Of a stretch of DNA of 64,000 bases, positions 36,551 through 50,242 are shown piece by piece (the stretch's first letter is position 1; the number at the start of each line of letters is the position of its first letter). The stretch comes from Vicugna vicugna. Taxonomy: Eukaryota. The position numbers and the translations under genes were made by a program. The DNA is taken from positions 1,034,963 through 1,098,962 of the forward strand of contig MU058781.1 in assembly GCA_013265495.1 (NCBI GenBank), written 5' to 3'. Below the pieces are notes generated by a model. That model did no database searches. It was not told where the DNA came from and saw nothing but the letters and a program-made list of their open reading frames with translations.

Positions 36551-39500
36551 TGAAATGAATTTAGGGGTTCCTAACATGAACAACTGTTCTGTTTTCGTTT
36601 GTTTCCACAGTCTAGCTCAGCAGTCATCGTGGTGGGGAAGAGGGGGTTGTTTTTGTTGTCTCACTGCTCTGGGGCTTTGCTTGGATCAGCCAAAAAAAAA
36701 AAAAAAAAAAAGACAGGGATAGTAATACTGTCAATCTGGTCCACCTCCAGGAAGCCAATCATGCCTGAATGGCTGGAAGGAGTGCAGCGACGGTCAACAG
36801 GAACAGGTATGATGGCTTCCACTCTCGCCCACTTCCGCCATCGTGCTGCCTTCACGATAAAGCAGAGTACGGTTTTGAAGCAACATCATCCCAATAATAA
36901 AAGGTAGGGGGTGTGATTGAAGCCGGTGTCCCTGGCAAGTGGCATAAAGGTAATATTTAGTATTCACTACACTGAATTCTCCTAGCCAGCTGGTGTGTCC
37001 CTGTTAGGACGTTCATTTATGCAGCTCGAGCTGGAACTCTTTTTGTTCTCCCAGTCCATTACTTTGTCGATTTAAGGGATAACAGCCAAAGTGAAACAGC
37101 TTGCAATTTGCACCTGTCGGCTCTAAGCATTCCCTGTTAGATCACGTGGAGAGCAAACTCTTCACTGCTAATGAGAATGCGCCTGCGTGGGGCTGAATGC
37201 ACTTTTTTTGGAGGGTGGGGGAGCTACAGGATACTGCAGTGTTTTTGTTTTTTTTTTTTTCTTTTGTAAATGATCTGATAAGGACCCTCTCTAGTCTCAT
37301 CTCTTAGAGTTCCTGGAGTAAAAGCATAACAGTCAATAATATAGTTAAAGTTGGACATTATTTTTTAAAAGATTAAATGTCACTTAACGAAGAACTGAAT
37401 TAACATTCAGCCTGAGTTGCCTCAGATGAGAAAGAAAAAATTTAAATGCTAAATGATGCCCAAGTTGTTGTAAGCATAAAATACCTGTAAGAGACCTTTT
37501 ATTTGTAAAACTGGCCATGAGAAAAAAAGAGATGAAAACATTTTAGACGTGTTTCCAAAATGGGACTAGTTTTGGAAAAAATGTCAAGTGCTTGAAAGTA
37601 AACCCAAAGTCCTCTACTTTGATTGCCTTTGAAAATCGAAGAACTGAATTGAAAATAATAATTCAAGTGGATAACTTTGAAATCAGATACAGATATAAAT
37701 ATATTTATCTAACTCATCACCATGTGAATCACAGAATAAGTTTGCAGCAAATGCCAGAATGTCATCATATAGGATTCTCTCCCACCTTTTCTAGAAGTTT
37801 TCTGCATCCCCCTTAGCAGTGATTGTTTTGAGGAATTATATCAGTGGGCTAGCATCTATTTTTAAAGATTTAAACTCATTGCCATGAAAGAACTTTAATT
37901 ATGGCTTACAGTGCTTTTCCAAACCTTATGTATTTTTTAAAAATCATTACAATAATGTTTGAATAATTTTACAAAATATCCTTGAAGATGATCCAAAATT
38001 TAGTGAATTATATTTATATATGTACAATATATATATTCTGTTAATCAAAGGGCCCAGGCTACATTTGGATTCCAAAAATTTCTCACATTGGTACTTCCTG
38101 TTGAAATCACGATGGCAGGTTAAATGAAGTCGAGGTGGTCACAAACGTGGTCTCACTGGTAATTAGCACGGTTTAATGTGGTTGTTGCCTCTATCCCGCC
38201 TGACAGATAGCGTTCCAGCTTGTCAGGGATGGACCCTTTCAGCACAGCTTTGGGAGCTCCGCCAGCCATCGCCGGGTCTGGTTGGGTCAAAGGGTTGAGC
38301 CATGTGTAATTCAGAACAGAGGAGGTCCCACGGTCACTCCACAAAAACAATTACACTACTTACTTCACTCGAGCCCTTGCCCAAAACTCACAAGCCTCAC
38401 AGTTTCAGTGCAGTCAATCTAATTCTGCCCCTGGGCGATCAGCCACATGAAAATATGTGCTGCTGTGTTTATAAATCTAATCAAAAATAGAAACATGGAC
38501 AGGCACAATGAAGCCCTACTATGGGTCATGGGAATCCTTGGAAATTCTGAAGGCACTTTTGTTTATCTTCCAGAGACTCTCTTTAGCTGTTACATTGTCT
38601 ACTACACCCGTTAATCATCCTCTTTACTCGTGAGTGCTACAAAAAGGACTAAATTTCTACTCACCTCTCTACTTTCCCTCCATGATAACATTATGAAAAG
38701 TAAAGCTTAAAAGGCTGCTTTTAAAGGAAAAATAAAAATCAAAGAAGGGGCTCCTGTTATATCAATCTTACCTTTGTCTCCATGTTCTCGGCTCCTTGCC
38801 CTTGGCAATGCAGATTTAAAGCAAGTTCCCCTAAAAAAGAAAAATAATATTTGAAAACTAAAATGAATTGGTCCCACCTTAAGATATTTTAAGCAATTTG
38901 GAGTTGGAGAGCTAGTGTTATGATGCTTCCTGACGGCCCCCCCAGAATCTCAGTGTGAAGTCAACAGGATTTGCTTTGGTGTCTTGTTTTTATTGCTATT
39001 GTTCTTGTTTGCGTAGCCAGATTCCTCGTAAACGGAGAGTTGTCAAATATTCACAAACTCTTTTTCAAAGGTAATCTCTAGGAAACATTCAGACTTCATC
39101 TAGACAGCGTAAACTTCCTGGTTTTATGCCAAGAAGGTGGCCAATACAGACTGTGCTGAAGTTATGAGGAAAACTTGCTTTCACATGCTTCCAGTAGCTT
39201 TTATATTTATCTTTCAAAAATTAGAAGAGGGTTATGCAACTGGCATAAGTCAATAGTATCTGATAAAGTCAATGATAAATATGTGTATTCAGGGACCACG
39301 CAGATTAAATCCTGAGAACATTATCCAGCAATGACATGGAATACACACATTTCGTGAAAGGAAATGAGTTTGTAGCACTCATAAAATTCCTTAGAGTCGT
39401 GCAATAAATTATCAGGTTCAATCTGTAAGCTATTCCATTTGATACTATTTCAATTGATAAAAACATTACCCTGAAAATACAGTCTGGGGCCAGATGATTA

Positions 39501-41689
39501 TAATAAATGGGAAATTTCAAAAATGAGCGATAGTCCCAGCATTTATTAGATTACTGTAAACATTCACCAAAGGAGCTTTTTAAACTTGGAATTTGCCCTT
39601 TTGAAATGGTTATCAGTATTTGGCAGTAAAACAAAGTATATCATGTATGAATGATACATGTGACACATTTTTTTTTATTCAGAGCTCTCAATCATAGTTT
39701 TAAACATCCCTTCACAAAGCACATGTGAGCTCTTACATAGCCATCAATGTTGCAAGGTGAAAGATGTTAGCCCTTCTAGTGGTCATTTTAAAACTCTTAT
39801 TTATGCAAAAGTAACATAAAAGATTCAAAGATTATACTACTTCCTAAAATAAGGGAAATACATGTAAAATTATTTAAAAGAAAAAACTGACACAAAATGA
39901 GAAAATTTTAACCAAGTAACAGAAATTGAACTTTGACTTACTTGTCTTGCCCACAACACAGTGACTGAAGAAGGATTCAGAGGCATCTATATCTGGGAAC
40001 AAATGTGCAGTAGAAATCTGCTTTTTGTTCCTTGAATTTGGTATTAATCTAATAGTTCATATCTGTCTTCAAAATGTTTGTAATTTGTAAAATGGCTCAT
40101 GTTATTCTCATCATAAATTTATTTGGATACATAAACATCAAAAATGTGCAAGCAAGTCAAAAAGCACAGGCTGCCTCTGTTAACATCAATAGAGTGCTTA
40201 GGAGACTTCCGCGAGGCAGGCCACTTCTCTCCCTCCACAGAAGGCTGCATTTTAAACATCTTTCCGCACCAACATTCAGAATGCAACATTAGTACAGTAA
40301 GACTGAGTACAGCTGTGAAATCAGCTCACAATACCTTCATTCTCTCATATAAAGCATGTAGTTGAATCTAGAAAGCAGCTTGATAGAACCAAGGGGTGTG
40401 CCATTTTTAAAGCAGCCGTCACCAGAGGAGAAATGAAGCCAAGTATTCCCCTTTCTCATGAGTAAAGAGTGTGGTGGAGGCTCCCTCCCGGCTTGGAGTC
40501 AGTGGGAGCTTAGATCAAGTGTTATCTGCAATCAGTAATCTCAGTCTCCAAGTTTCGATGAGGTTGAATTTGGGGTTTGTAGTCAGATGCCTTACAGCTG
40601 GGAGACAGCCTGCAGGACAGAGGCATAGAGAACAGGCCACCCACCTGGGGGGCCAGAGGAGTATGAGGGAGCATGTAGGGCATAAAAAGATGGAGGCAAG
40701 GTGTCAGTTCTGGTCTAAACATTGGTACCGGAACGTGTGTCCCCTGTGCAATTCCTGGGAATTTAATTCAAAGACCCCCAAAGTGGGAAAGAACTGTTAA
40801 AAAGTCAAAACTGACCCAAGTGCTAAGAGCTGTGGCACGTGGATGAAGAAACCAGTTGTGAGGCCAGTTTCAGAGGCCAGAGATGCCAAATTCAAAGGAT
40901 TCATGGGCAGCAGAGTGAAACTCTGAGAACCGACAGGATGAGGAGTCAAATAGGAAAAGATGGATGGGGAAAAAAATGATGAGCAGAGAGGCGAGATGAA
41001 AATGAAGCCAAGTTCATAGGACAAGGAGAGTCTGGCAGCTAATAATAATATCTGTAAGTTAATGATCAATGAACAGCCATCACAGCCCGTAAAACACCTA
41101 TCACTTGTATGATTAACTCCAAAATATGGAGCCAGTTAGAGAGCTGATGTATTTGCTAAACTCTCTATATGACCTATACTATCAAGGAAGTCCAAAGTAG
41201 CTTCCTTTACAAAAGAAAAGGAAAACCACAGTTATAAATACTATCAACTTACCCAAAACTCTTGACTTAATGAACTAATGGCTGTCATTACAAAACTTTC
41301 ACTAATTTGGACCACAGTGTAGCATGTCTGTTGAAATTCAAGCAGCCTACGATAGAAATCACGTTTTAAAAGCCGGTCTCAAACTTGCAAGCAGGTTGGT
41401 AATTGCAGTATAACCTGCCTGCAAGAAACCTGTTCACCATATTCTGTCAGGCCCAGGTTAATAATCACCTGATAATTTCTATAGTTATTTTTTTTTTCGT
41501 TTGTTTCAGGGCTGATCTTAAAATGGCTTTCACTGAAATTGTTGACCTTGTATTGCAAATTAAATCCTGGCATTGCCAAATCTCTGACAACTGGTTCATT
41601 GCTTCCAGAGAAGGGAATTAGCATGGCTACAGCTGTCATTCCATTGCATTTTTCTTCTCAAGCAGACCAGCAAGGGCAAAGATGGTGTT

Positions 41690-41900
41690 AGACAGAGGTC
41701 GCAAGCCAGATTCTGTCTGCAGACATGTTTTGTTTGACCTCCACAGTGATTTAAAACACACTGAGCCAATATTTAGAAATAAGAAAACTGCAGTAAAAAT
41801 CCGACTTCTGGATTCTCTTGGAAAATTTTAAAATTTGGCCACGTCAGTGGTGCATGGCAGTAGCGTGCTCTTGAGGCAGTGCCCTTCAGGTCTGCAGTCG
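41690..41900. mobile_element. hAT-Charlie relic (MER103-like)
   Basis: taaaaatccgacttctggattctcttggaaaat...tttggccac. Confidence 0.55.
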
Positions 41901-42689
41901 CCACTCCCCCTTTTGCAGACCACAAACCAAAACGTAAGCTCCAGAAAGATGAGGCTTGCTTATTTCACTGCCTCATCCTCAGAACCCAGAATACAGCCTG
42001 GCACGTAGTGGGTGTCTGACAAATATATAATGGGGAATGAAATGCTCTCAGGAGCAGGCAGGTAACTTTAACTTTAATAGGCGACTTTAAAACAGTAGGC
42101 AGTGCCCAGGCACTGTCATAATCTAAGCCTCAGAAATGTGCAGGTCAAATAAACTCTGCTAGTCCTCAGGCAGAGAGAGAGTGAGAGAGAGAACCCACAT
42201 ATCATTCTGCTTCCACTGCTGTTTTCTTATAAAGAAACATTTCTCTGTATCCCTGCCATTATCAAAAGTAGGGCCACAAGTGTCAAGGAAAATGAGAGTG
42301 ATCACAGACTGAGCACACTTCACTCATTTATATTTCCTGCCTGGCCCCTAAGGCATCTGAATTTGACATCTCTGGGAAAGAGATGAGAGTAGACTGATAC
42401 CCATGATGACAAACTGCTCGACCAATACTCCTCCCTCCTTCTGCCCAGTCATTTCCTGTACGAAGTCTAAATCTGTATTAGAGAATAAATGAAAGGGGGA
42501 ATATAAAACCTACCTTGGCAGTCACCAGTGAAACCTAACACACTATCACTATGAATAACACAGTGGAATAAACTTGTGTTTACAGCTGGGAAGACATTGG
42601 TTCAAATCTCTTGTACATTGGGAAGTTGCTTAACCTCTAAGTCTCTATAATTTCTCTGCATAATCATTACAAAAATTTAAAAATTAAAA

Positions 42690-45600
42690 ATGTCAAACTT
42701 CCAGCTTCCTCTTAGGGTATAAAAAGCTGGAAAAAGTGTTTTTTCCCCAAACATAAAGCAAAAAAAAAAAAAAAATCCTGAATGTCTGCAAATTTACAAC
42801 TTTTATTAAACCCACCAGGGAGCTGAAGTCACAGCATAACTAACTAACCCAAAATCTAAGGAAAGAAAGCTGCCTCTAAGGAGTAACAGGATGCAAGCAC
42901 TTGCTTACCACAGCAGACACGAAGCCCCTTAGAAGCCAGAAAGGAGGATGTGATCTGGTATGAGCATATAGAACTTGTGGGATCTTCAAACACAAAGGTG
43001 ATTCACAAACGTTCACAGACTCTTCTCCACGGACCCCCTGGGTTATCAGAAGAAAACTGGGAGCGAGGGGAGAGTTCCGAGTAGCTGTTCTGAACAGGGA
43101 GCAATTACACCTCCGAGAGGACATCTGGCAACGTCTGGAGACGTTTCTGATTGCCACATCTGGAGGGATGCTACTCGCACGCGGCGGGTAGAGGCCAGGA
43201 GCACGGCTAAACATTTCGCAACACACAGACTAGCACCCTACCACAAAGAACTGTCCGATCCGAAGTGTCAATGATGCTGCTGCTGAGAATCACTGGTCCG
43301 GAGGAAGCCTCCCTTGTGATGGAACAGGGCTACTGCAGAAGAACACAAAGTCCCACCTGGATACTCCAACTTTCTCCCTCCTTAGGAACAAGAGGCTTCA
43401 TTTTCTGGGGAAGGGTAGTAAATCCTGTTGCCCCCCAGCCAAGGGTAAGACCCACTACAGCTGGGGGGAAAAAACACAGAAATACCCACTAGCCCTGGAG
43501 CAGGGGCAGGAAAACACCCTGGGCCAAACTACTGGAAGCCTTCTACTTAAGAAAGAGGGGCAGGATCTGAGATGGCTCCACCCTTGGGACCCAGAGACAC
43601 AGGTCCTTCCTAAGAGGAAAACCTGCTCAGCCGACCATCAGGCTACCAGGCAGTGAGCAGCAAGTCACATCAGCGTAGAGGTGGGACAGGAGAAAGGCTG
43701 TAGAGAGTGGACACGCCCTCAAGTGCAGAGGCCTGACCATACACTGAGGAAACTTCTCCAAAAACCGGCCATTATTCTAAGCATAGATTAAGACTAGAGG
43801 AGTTTAAGCCCGTGGAGCACTGCTAACCATGACAACAGCAAAAACCAAGCCCAGCTCAAGTGCTGGCTAGACTGACCAAACCTCCTAAGTGGAAAACTAG
43901 CAAAGTAAAAGATATGCCATTTCTGGGCGTGAATAATTCCTACCTCAGCCTCTACTGTCATACTCAAGTTGACCAGCTTTTAAACAATGTTAGGTGATGA
44001 ATAAAGAAGCAAGGAAAACAAACAAGACATGCTGTCAGGAAGATAAAGCAGTCAGCAGAGACAGAGTCAGATCTGACCCCGATGTCAGAACTATCAGAGA
44101 GAATTTTAAACAATGCAACTAGATAAACTGACGTCATCAAGGTGACAACACAGGGGATTCCTGACTTCAGTTCCCTCACAAAAAGAACTAGCGGCTACCC
44201 ATAAACAAGACACCATCGTGAAAATCCCAGAACCCAGTGGGTGAGGCTGAAGGACACCCCTGGACAACAGAGACTGAGACGGACAAGGGTTACGAGGAGC
44301 TGTTTCAGACTGCATTGACCGTCCCCCAGGCCGAGGCTTAACCAAGAGGGCTCCTCTGGACCTGGAGATCCTGGAGATGAGGGAGGCAAAAAAGGACTAA
44401 ATGGGGCCTCCCCAGATTCCTGCTCACCAGGAGGCTGCGCACATGTGCAGGGAAGACTCCGGAGGACCCCAGCTATCTGCACGTTCCCTGCTGACATGGA
44501 TGTTATGCAGATCTGTGGGAAAGACCCAGAAGGAGCTGGCAGACAGTAAATCTGTGAACATTTGAAAACTGAATTTTGAATGTGTTCCCAGCCCCAAACA
44601 CAGATCCATCAGCAGAGGAGGGAAAACTCAAGGTGTCTGTGGACAATCATTGGTTGACCACCATGCTATGCAGACATGGAAGAGCTTCTATAAAGCCAAG
44701 CTAAAACTGTTTATTATAGTTTTTAAAAGCTGAGCAGACACAGCAGCAGCCACACATCACAGGAAAAACAGATTCAACTGATTAAGTTCAGGCAAGTTCC
44801 TAAAAACAAAGCAAATGAAAACAAGCAAAACAACAACAACAAAATAAAAAGGCAGTGGTAATAATCCTCAAGGCAAGAACTCAAAGTCGTATTTGCTACA
44901 CTACATTATCTGAGATTCAGGTTTTCAACAAAAATTTATAGGACAGCAAAGAAATAGAAAAGTGTGACCTATATTCAGGAAAATAAGCTGTCAACAAAAA
45001 TTAACTCCAAGTGGGCAAGGAGGTTATATTTTGTAGACAAAGATCTCAAAGCATTATAAAATGTTCAAAGAAGTCAAGGGAACCACAGTTAAAGAAAGAA
45101 AGGAAAATATATGAATAGACTCAAATACAAGAAACCTCAGAACAAAGAAAGAAACTATAAAAACAGTGAAATGGAAATTCCAGAATTAAAAGACACAATG
45201 ACTACAATGGAAAATGCCCTAAATGGACTCAGCAGCTGATATGAGGTAGTTAGAGAAAGAATCAAGACTACTGAAGATAGTGCAATAAAAATTATCCAAT
45301 TTAAAGACGAGAAAGGGAAAATGTGGGAGAAAATGAACAGAGATGCAGAGACCTATGGGATGTCAAGCACAGCACCGCAAGTGTAATGAGAGTGCCCGGA
45401 GGAGGTGAGAAATAGGACAGGGTGGAGGAAATAGCTGGGAAAAACAGCAGCCTAAGAGCAGAGAGTCAAAATATATGAAGCTAAATTGACAGCAGAAGAA
45501 GAAATAAACAATTCAACAACATAACTGGAGATTTTAATATCTCACTCTCAAATGACAGGACAACTCGAAAGAAAATCAAAGGGGATATAGAAGAAGAATT

Positions 45601-46560
45601 CTACTAACCACCTTGACCTACCTGAGTTTTATGAGAACATTTAACCCAACGACAGCGGAATAAACATCCCTTAAGTGCACATGGAACATTCTCCACAATA
45701 TACCATGTGCTAGGCCATAAAAAAGTATCAATAGACTTAAAGAATTAAAATAATTAAAAGTATGTTCTCTGACATCAAGTGAATTAAATTAGAAATCAGA
45801 AATAACAAAAATTGAAAATCCATAAATATTTGAAAATGAAACAACCCACTCTAAATAGCCCATGGTTCAAAGGGAACTTAGGAAATATTTTTAACTGAAC
45901 TAAAATCAAAACACAAGATATCAAAAAATTTGGCATGCAGCACAGTGTTTAAAGAGAAATTTTAAAATACCTGCATTATAAAAGGGGGTCTTAAATCATT
46001 AATCTACATTTTCACTTCAATGAACTAAAAACAAAAGCAACAAATCAAATCTGAAGCAAGAAAAAAAGGGAAATTTACGTCAGAGTGGAAAGCAATGAAA
46101 AAAAAAAGAAAAACAATAGACAAATTTATTGAAACCAAAAGTTGGTTCTTTTAAAATATCAAGAAAACTGATAAAACTTAAATCAGACTGACCAATGAAA
46201 AAAGAGAGAAGCCATAAATTACCAGTATTAGGAGTGAAAGTGAGACACCACAACAGACCCTAATAAAAGTTTAAAAGATTGTAAGGGAATATTCTGAATG
46301 GCCGTATAGCAATCAATTAGAGAAAATGGGCAAATATCTAGAAATTACCAAACCTGGTTTAAGGAAAAAACAGAAAAAACAAGTAAAGAAATTAAATTAA
46401 TTTAAATTAATAATTTTAAATTTTCCCATTAAAAAAAAGCCCAGGTCCAGATAGCATCAGTAGACTGAATTTGATCAAATATTCCAAGAGTATCCATCCT
46501 GCAAAAACTCTTTCGGAAAATAAAAAAGGAAAGAACACTTGTCAATTTATTTTATGATGC
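42690..46560 (+). mobile_element. Old L1M 5' region(s): 5' UTR, degenerate ORF1 and start of ORF2
   Basis: ORF1-like A-rich segment at about 44900-45430; ORF2 endonuclease motifs gcacatggaacattctcc and atgttctctgac..gaattaaattagaaatca at 45670-45800; gcccaggtccagatagc near 46440. Confidence 0.8.
43083..43296 (+). mobile_element. MER20 (hAT-Charlie)
   Basis: ggacatctggcaacgtctggagac...gggtagaggccagg..gctaaacat...ccacaaagaa...gtcaat..tgctg..gctgagaa. Confidence 0.85.
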
Positions 46561-47647
46561 CAGTTCAAAAATCTGGCATGACGTGGCTGGGTGCTCTGCT
46601 TACACTGAAATCAAGATAGCTGGCGACATTCTCAGCTGGTGTGAGATCCTTCTTCAGCTTATTGGCTGAATCCCTGCTTCATGTAACTATCTTTCCCTTG
46701 TTCTCTGAATCTCTGATAGTTTTTTCTACATCTTGGAACATTTCCTTAACTTTGTCTTACAATTCCTTCATTGAGTTTTTTTTTTTTTTAATTTGCAGTT
46801 GGAAGGTACTTTAAGGTAGGAAGACATCATTTTAGGACGAAAAGATGAGGAGGCAGCCATTGAACTGTCCTCTTACATGTGAGAATAAAGCCCCAGTGTC
46901 TACAATACCTGCCCAAGTGTTCTCAGACCATTGCTTCAAAATGTTTAAAGAATTTCCTCAGTTTTCACCTATGGGTAAATGCCTGACTTCTTCCATTCCA
47001 AGGATTTTTAATTATTTATTTGTTTTCACATCCCAAAAAGAACGTTGAAAAACTGTGCATCTTTTAGATGACTCTGGGATGACATACAAAATGGTCCACT
47101 GTAAGGTAAACACTTGCTACAAATGTAATTCCTGGTATACTGTAAATACTAAAATTTCTAAATAACCTTGTTATACCACTTTTACAGAGCCCATAAATGT
47201 ATTCAATGGAATCCAAATACAATAGCATTTGATACCCTCTCTTTCTGTTTCACAATACATGAACTCGCTCTTCTTTCCTGTTGATAATTTGTAACATTCC
47301 TATTTCTATTTTACTTCCTTTACAGAATTTTATTGTTTTATTCTCATGTGTCATATATTTGTGCTTGAATAAATACGCATTTCACTGAACACTCTATATT
47401 CATCTGCAAGAAAAATATGTATACACATTGAAATTATAGTATTTTATACTCTATATTCCTATAACGCTCTATTAAGTCTTCTCTCCCAATTAGTTATAAT
47501 TAGTTCACGATTGAGCAAAAGTGTAACTATAGTATATAACAAATATTGATACATAATCATCAAACACAAAATGTAAAACACAAACTATAAAAATGCCCCC
47601 AAGTAAAAAGAATGGTAAAGGGCTACTCTCTTCAGTTCTACCGCACA

Positions 47648-47662
47648 ACCGCAGGGGGCGCC
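47648..47662 (+). promoter_or_regulatory. Candidate CTCF site
   Basis: accgcagggggcgcc matches the CTCF core CAGGGGGCGC with two 5' mismatches; isolated GC patch in AT-rich DNA. Confidence 0.45.
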
Positions 47663-50154
47663 ATTCAACCCAAAGCCTGCTGTGAGTGGCACCCTTGAGG
47701 GAGTGTCCTGTGCAGGCATACACAGCAGGCACACGTGAGACTTTTTTGTTCATCCAGCTCATCTGTCTGTTTAGAATATCATTGACATATATTTCCACAT
47801 CAACTCTATTGCTATTTTTCTGGATATACACACTGAAACACATCGTTCACAGGAGTAAGTAAATGAAAATGGAAAGCTTTTGTTAACAATCCATGGAATC
47901 ATCAAATTCTCTTTAAGAATCTATGCACTGTCTCCTCGAGGTTGACGCCGCTGCTGTCCTAGCTGACGATGTTCAGCTCCAGGACAAGTGACTCTGGAAT
48001 AACAGGGGTGGGAGAGGGGCAAGCCTGCCTTTTGAGAGGTGGTCGTGAACAGAGGAGGGGAAGGCTAATCAGCGTGTTTTTTCCAAGACAGATCAGCTTT
48101 AGAAAAATAGTACACATGGAAAATGAAACTCTGAAAATTAACTACTTTAAAACTATCTGTGCCCGCAGACCCCCGTCCCCCTTTGCATGCAAGAGTAAGT
48201 GCCGTGTGTATGTGGTGAAGGTGGTGGGGGAGAGCTGGTTTTGTTCTCAGCTTTCAAACAAACCTCGTACTTGCAATTCTCCTCTGTTATACTGGCCAAC
48301 TCCCAAGGGTTTTGCTGTGTCTGCTGGCTCCTTCTCCCTCAGCCACTTCCTCCAGGTTATCGCTTTTTTAACCCTGCTTCATCAACCTATGCTGGTTCAA
48401 TTAGTTTTCATTTTTCAGAAATTTGTCAGCTCTTATTTGCAGATCCCTACCATCCTACATGCTTTTATTAATCTTTTACTAGTCTTTTAATAAAAATTCA
48501 GAGAAATGTGAGTATATACATATACATATATATATACACATACATATCTTGAACCAAAAACTCATAGAAAAATCTTAATAAATAGCTATTACATTCAGCA
48601 GCTAATCTAAATGGAGCACTAAAATACGTTCCACCCAGAGCAGCGAAGATCCTCTCAGTGCCTGTTCAGGGCGACCCAGCTGTCCCTCCACCCTTCAGCC
48701 TTGCCATTTTCATCATTAAAATGAACTCTGCCTAATGGTACCCATAATGCATACTAGTGACCTGAACTGTGATTCAAGTCTAGCCTTAGGGTCAGTGAGT
48801 ACAAGTCCACACCTGCTTTATCCTGGCAAGAATACATCTTTTAATTTTCCTAGCACCAAACAGAAGAAAAATTCGAAAATGCTTTTCCGAGGTGGTACCA
48901 ATAGTGGGGGAAAGACTGCCTTCAGCAAGCACAAGAGTTTACGAAACACGCCTGTTTGTTACTGACAGTGTGACTAACCAATCCCTAGAATCAATTTGAG
49001 AACACTGGGATGTAAATCATGTCACATGCGCAGTTCCAGAAGCATCACTGCTAGTAATTCACAGCATACTTCAGCTGCCCCTGGCATGCATTTCTGGATT
49101 AGTGTCGCATAGGGGTTCACAAGAAACAACAAGGGTTATTTGTTCATATGGTCACATTTCTATCCTTCATTTCACCTCATATTCAACTTGGCACCAGCTC
49201 TACATGTCAATAAACACATCGGTGTGGGTTCACATTTCTTCATCAGGTATCCAGGAACAAAACATTGGTTGATTCACAAGTAAAGGGAAACGAATGTCAT
49301 GAAAGATATTTCTGTTACCAAAAGAAACAAATATTACTTATTCAGCATGCCCACTGCCTGAACGGTTCCTCTAAGCAGAAATGTTCTCAACCAGCATGTT
49401 AATTGCTAGGATATTTTGTATTTATTTTCAAGGCCCACGTAGCTGTGCATTCTCTCAATCATTCAAACGCATGTTTCCTGGGCACCGAGTGTATGAAAGA
49501 CACTTTTTTAAGTGAAGTGGGTGACAATGACCTCTAAGGAAATTACAGCCTTGGGAGGAAAATAACTGGTACATAAATAATGACAACTTTACACAGAAAG
49601 GCAGAACCAAAGAGATACAAAGGACACAGCTAGTCATAAAGAAACTACGGAGGAATTGACCGGAGCCTGAGGTCTGTCACTGTCTTGCTGTGTGATTTTA
49701 CGGAAGTCACTTGGCCTCTCTGAGATCCTGTTTCCCCATTAAATGACGTACTTTATTTAAATAACTTATAAAATCTCATACCACTCTATAATTCTATAGC
49801 TGACCCAGAAGAGGGAATCTGTTCCACCACACATACCAAACAATTTTAAAGATCTGTTCTTAACAGCGAACACAGTTACTGTGTTTCAAGAGAAAAATAC
49901 GCTCTTGCCCCATACTGTCAGTTCTGCAGTAACAGTTCTGCAGTGTTCTTAAAAATCATCACATTGTGCTAAATTTTGCCAAAAAAAAAAAAAAAGACAT
50001 GATTTATAAGTAAAATGGGATTAGGGACACAACACTAAAAAAACTATCAGTGACTCAGAAGAGAAAGCTAGGAACCTAATAACAGTGGCAGAGTTTCCAA
50101 CATGTTCAATGGTTGAGAAAATGCATAAATATTACAATAAATATGGCACTTTAC

Positions 50155-50242
50155 CTTGAAGAAGATTGGATGTTTGCCGTGGAAATGGGCTGGGAAGGGC
50201 TGCAGCTTGTGAAGTATCTCAAAGCGGTGGAAGGAAGGTGAT
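50155..50242 (-). other. Candidate 88-nt exon
   Basis: Acceptor ctcttacaactttgtcttattccag and donor AAG|gtaaag. A strong donor GAA|gtaagt lies upstream at 50418/50417. Confidence 0.45.

Noticed and set aside
36065..36553. 162-aa and overlapping ORFs in the CpG island
   Set aside because: Stop depletion from high GC opens several frames, and the peptides are low-complexity R/P/A/G.
47969..48490. 173-aa plus-strand ORF
   Set aside because: No recognisable homology or promoter context, and composition is typical of translated intronic DNA. Plausibly chance.
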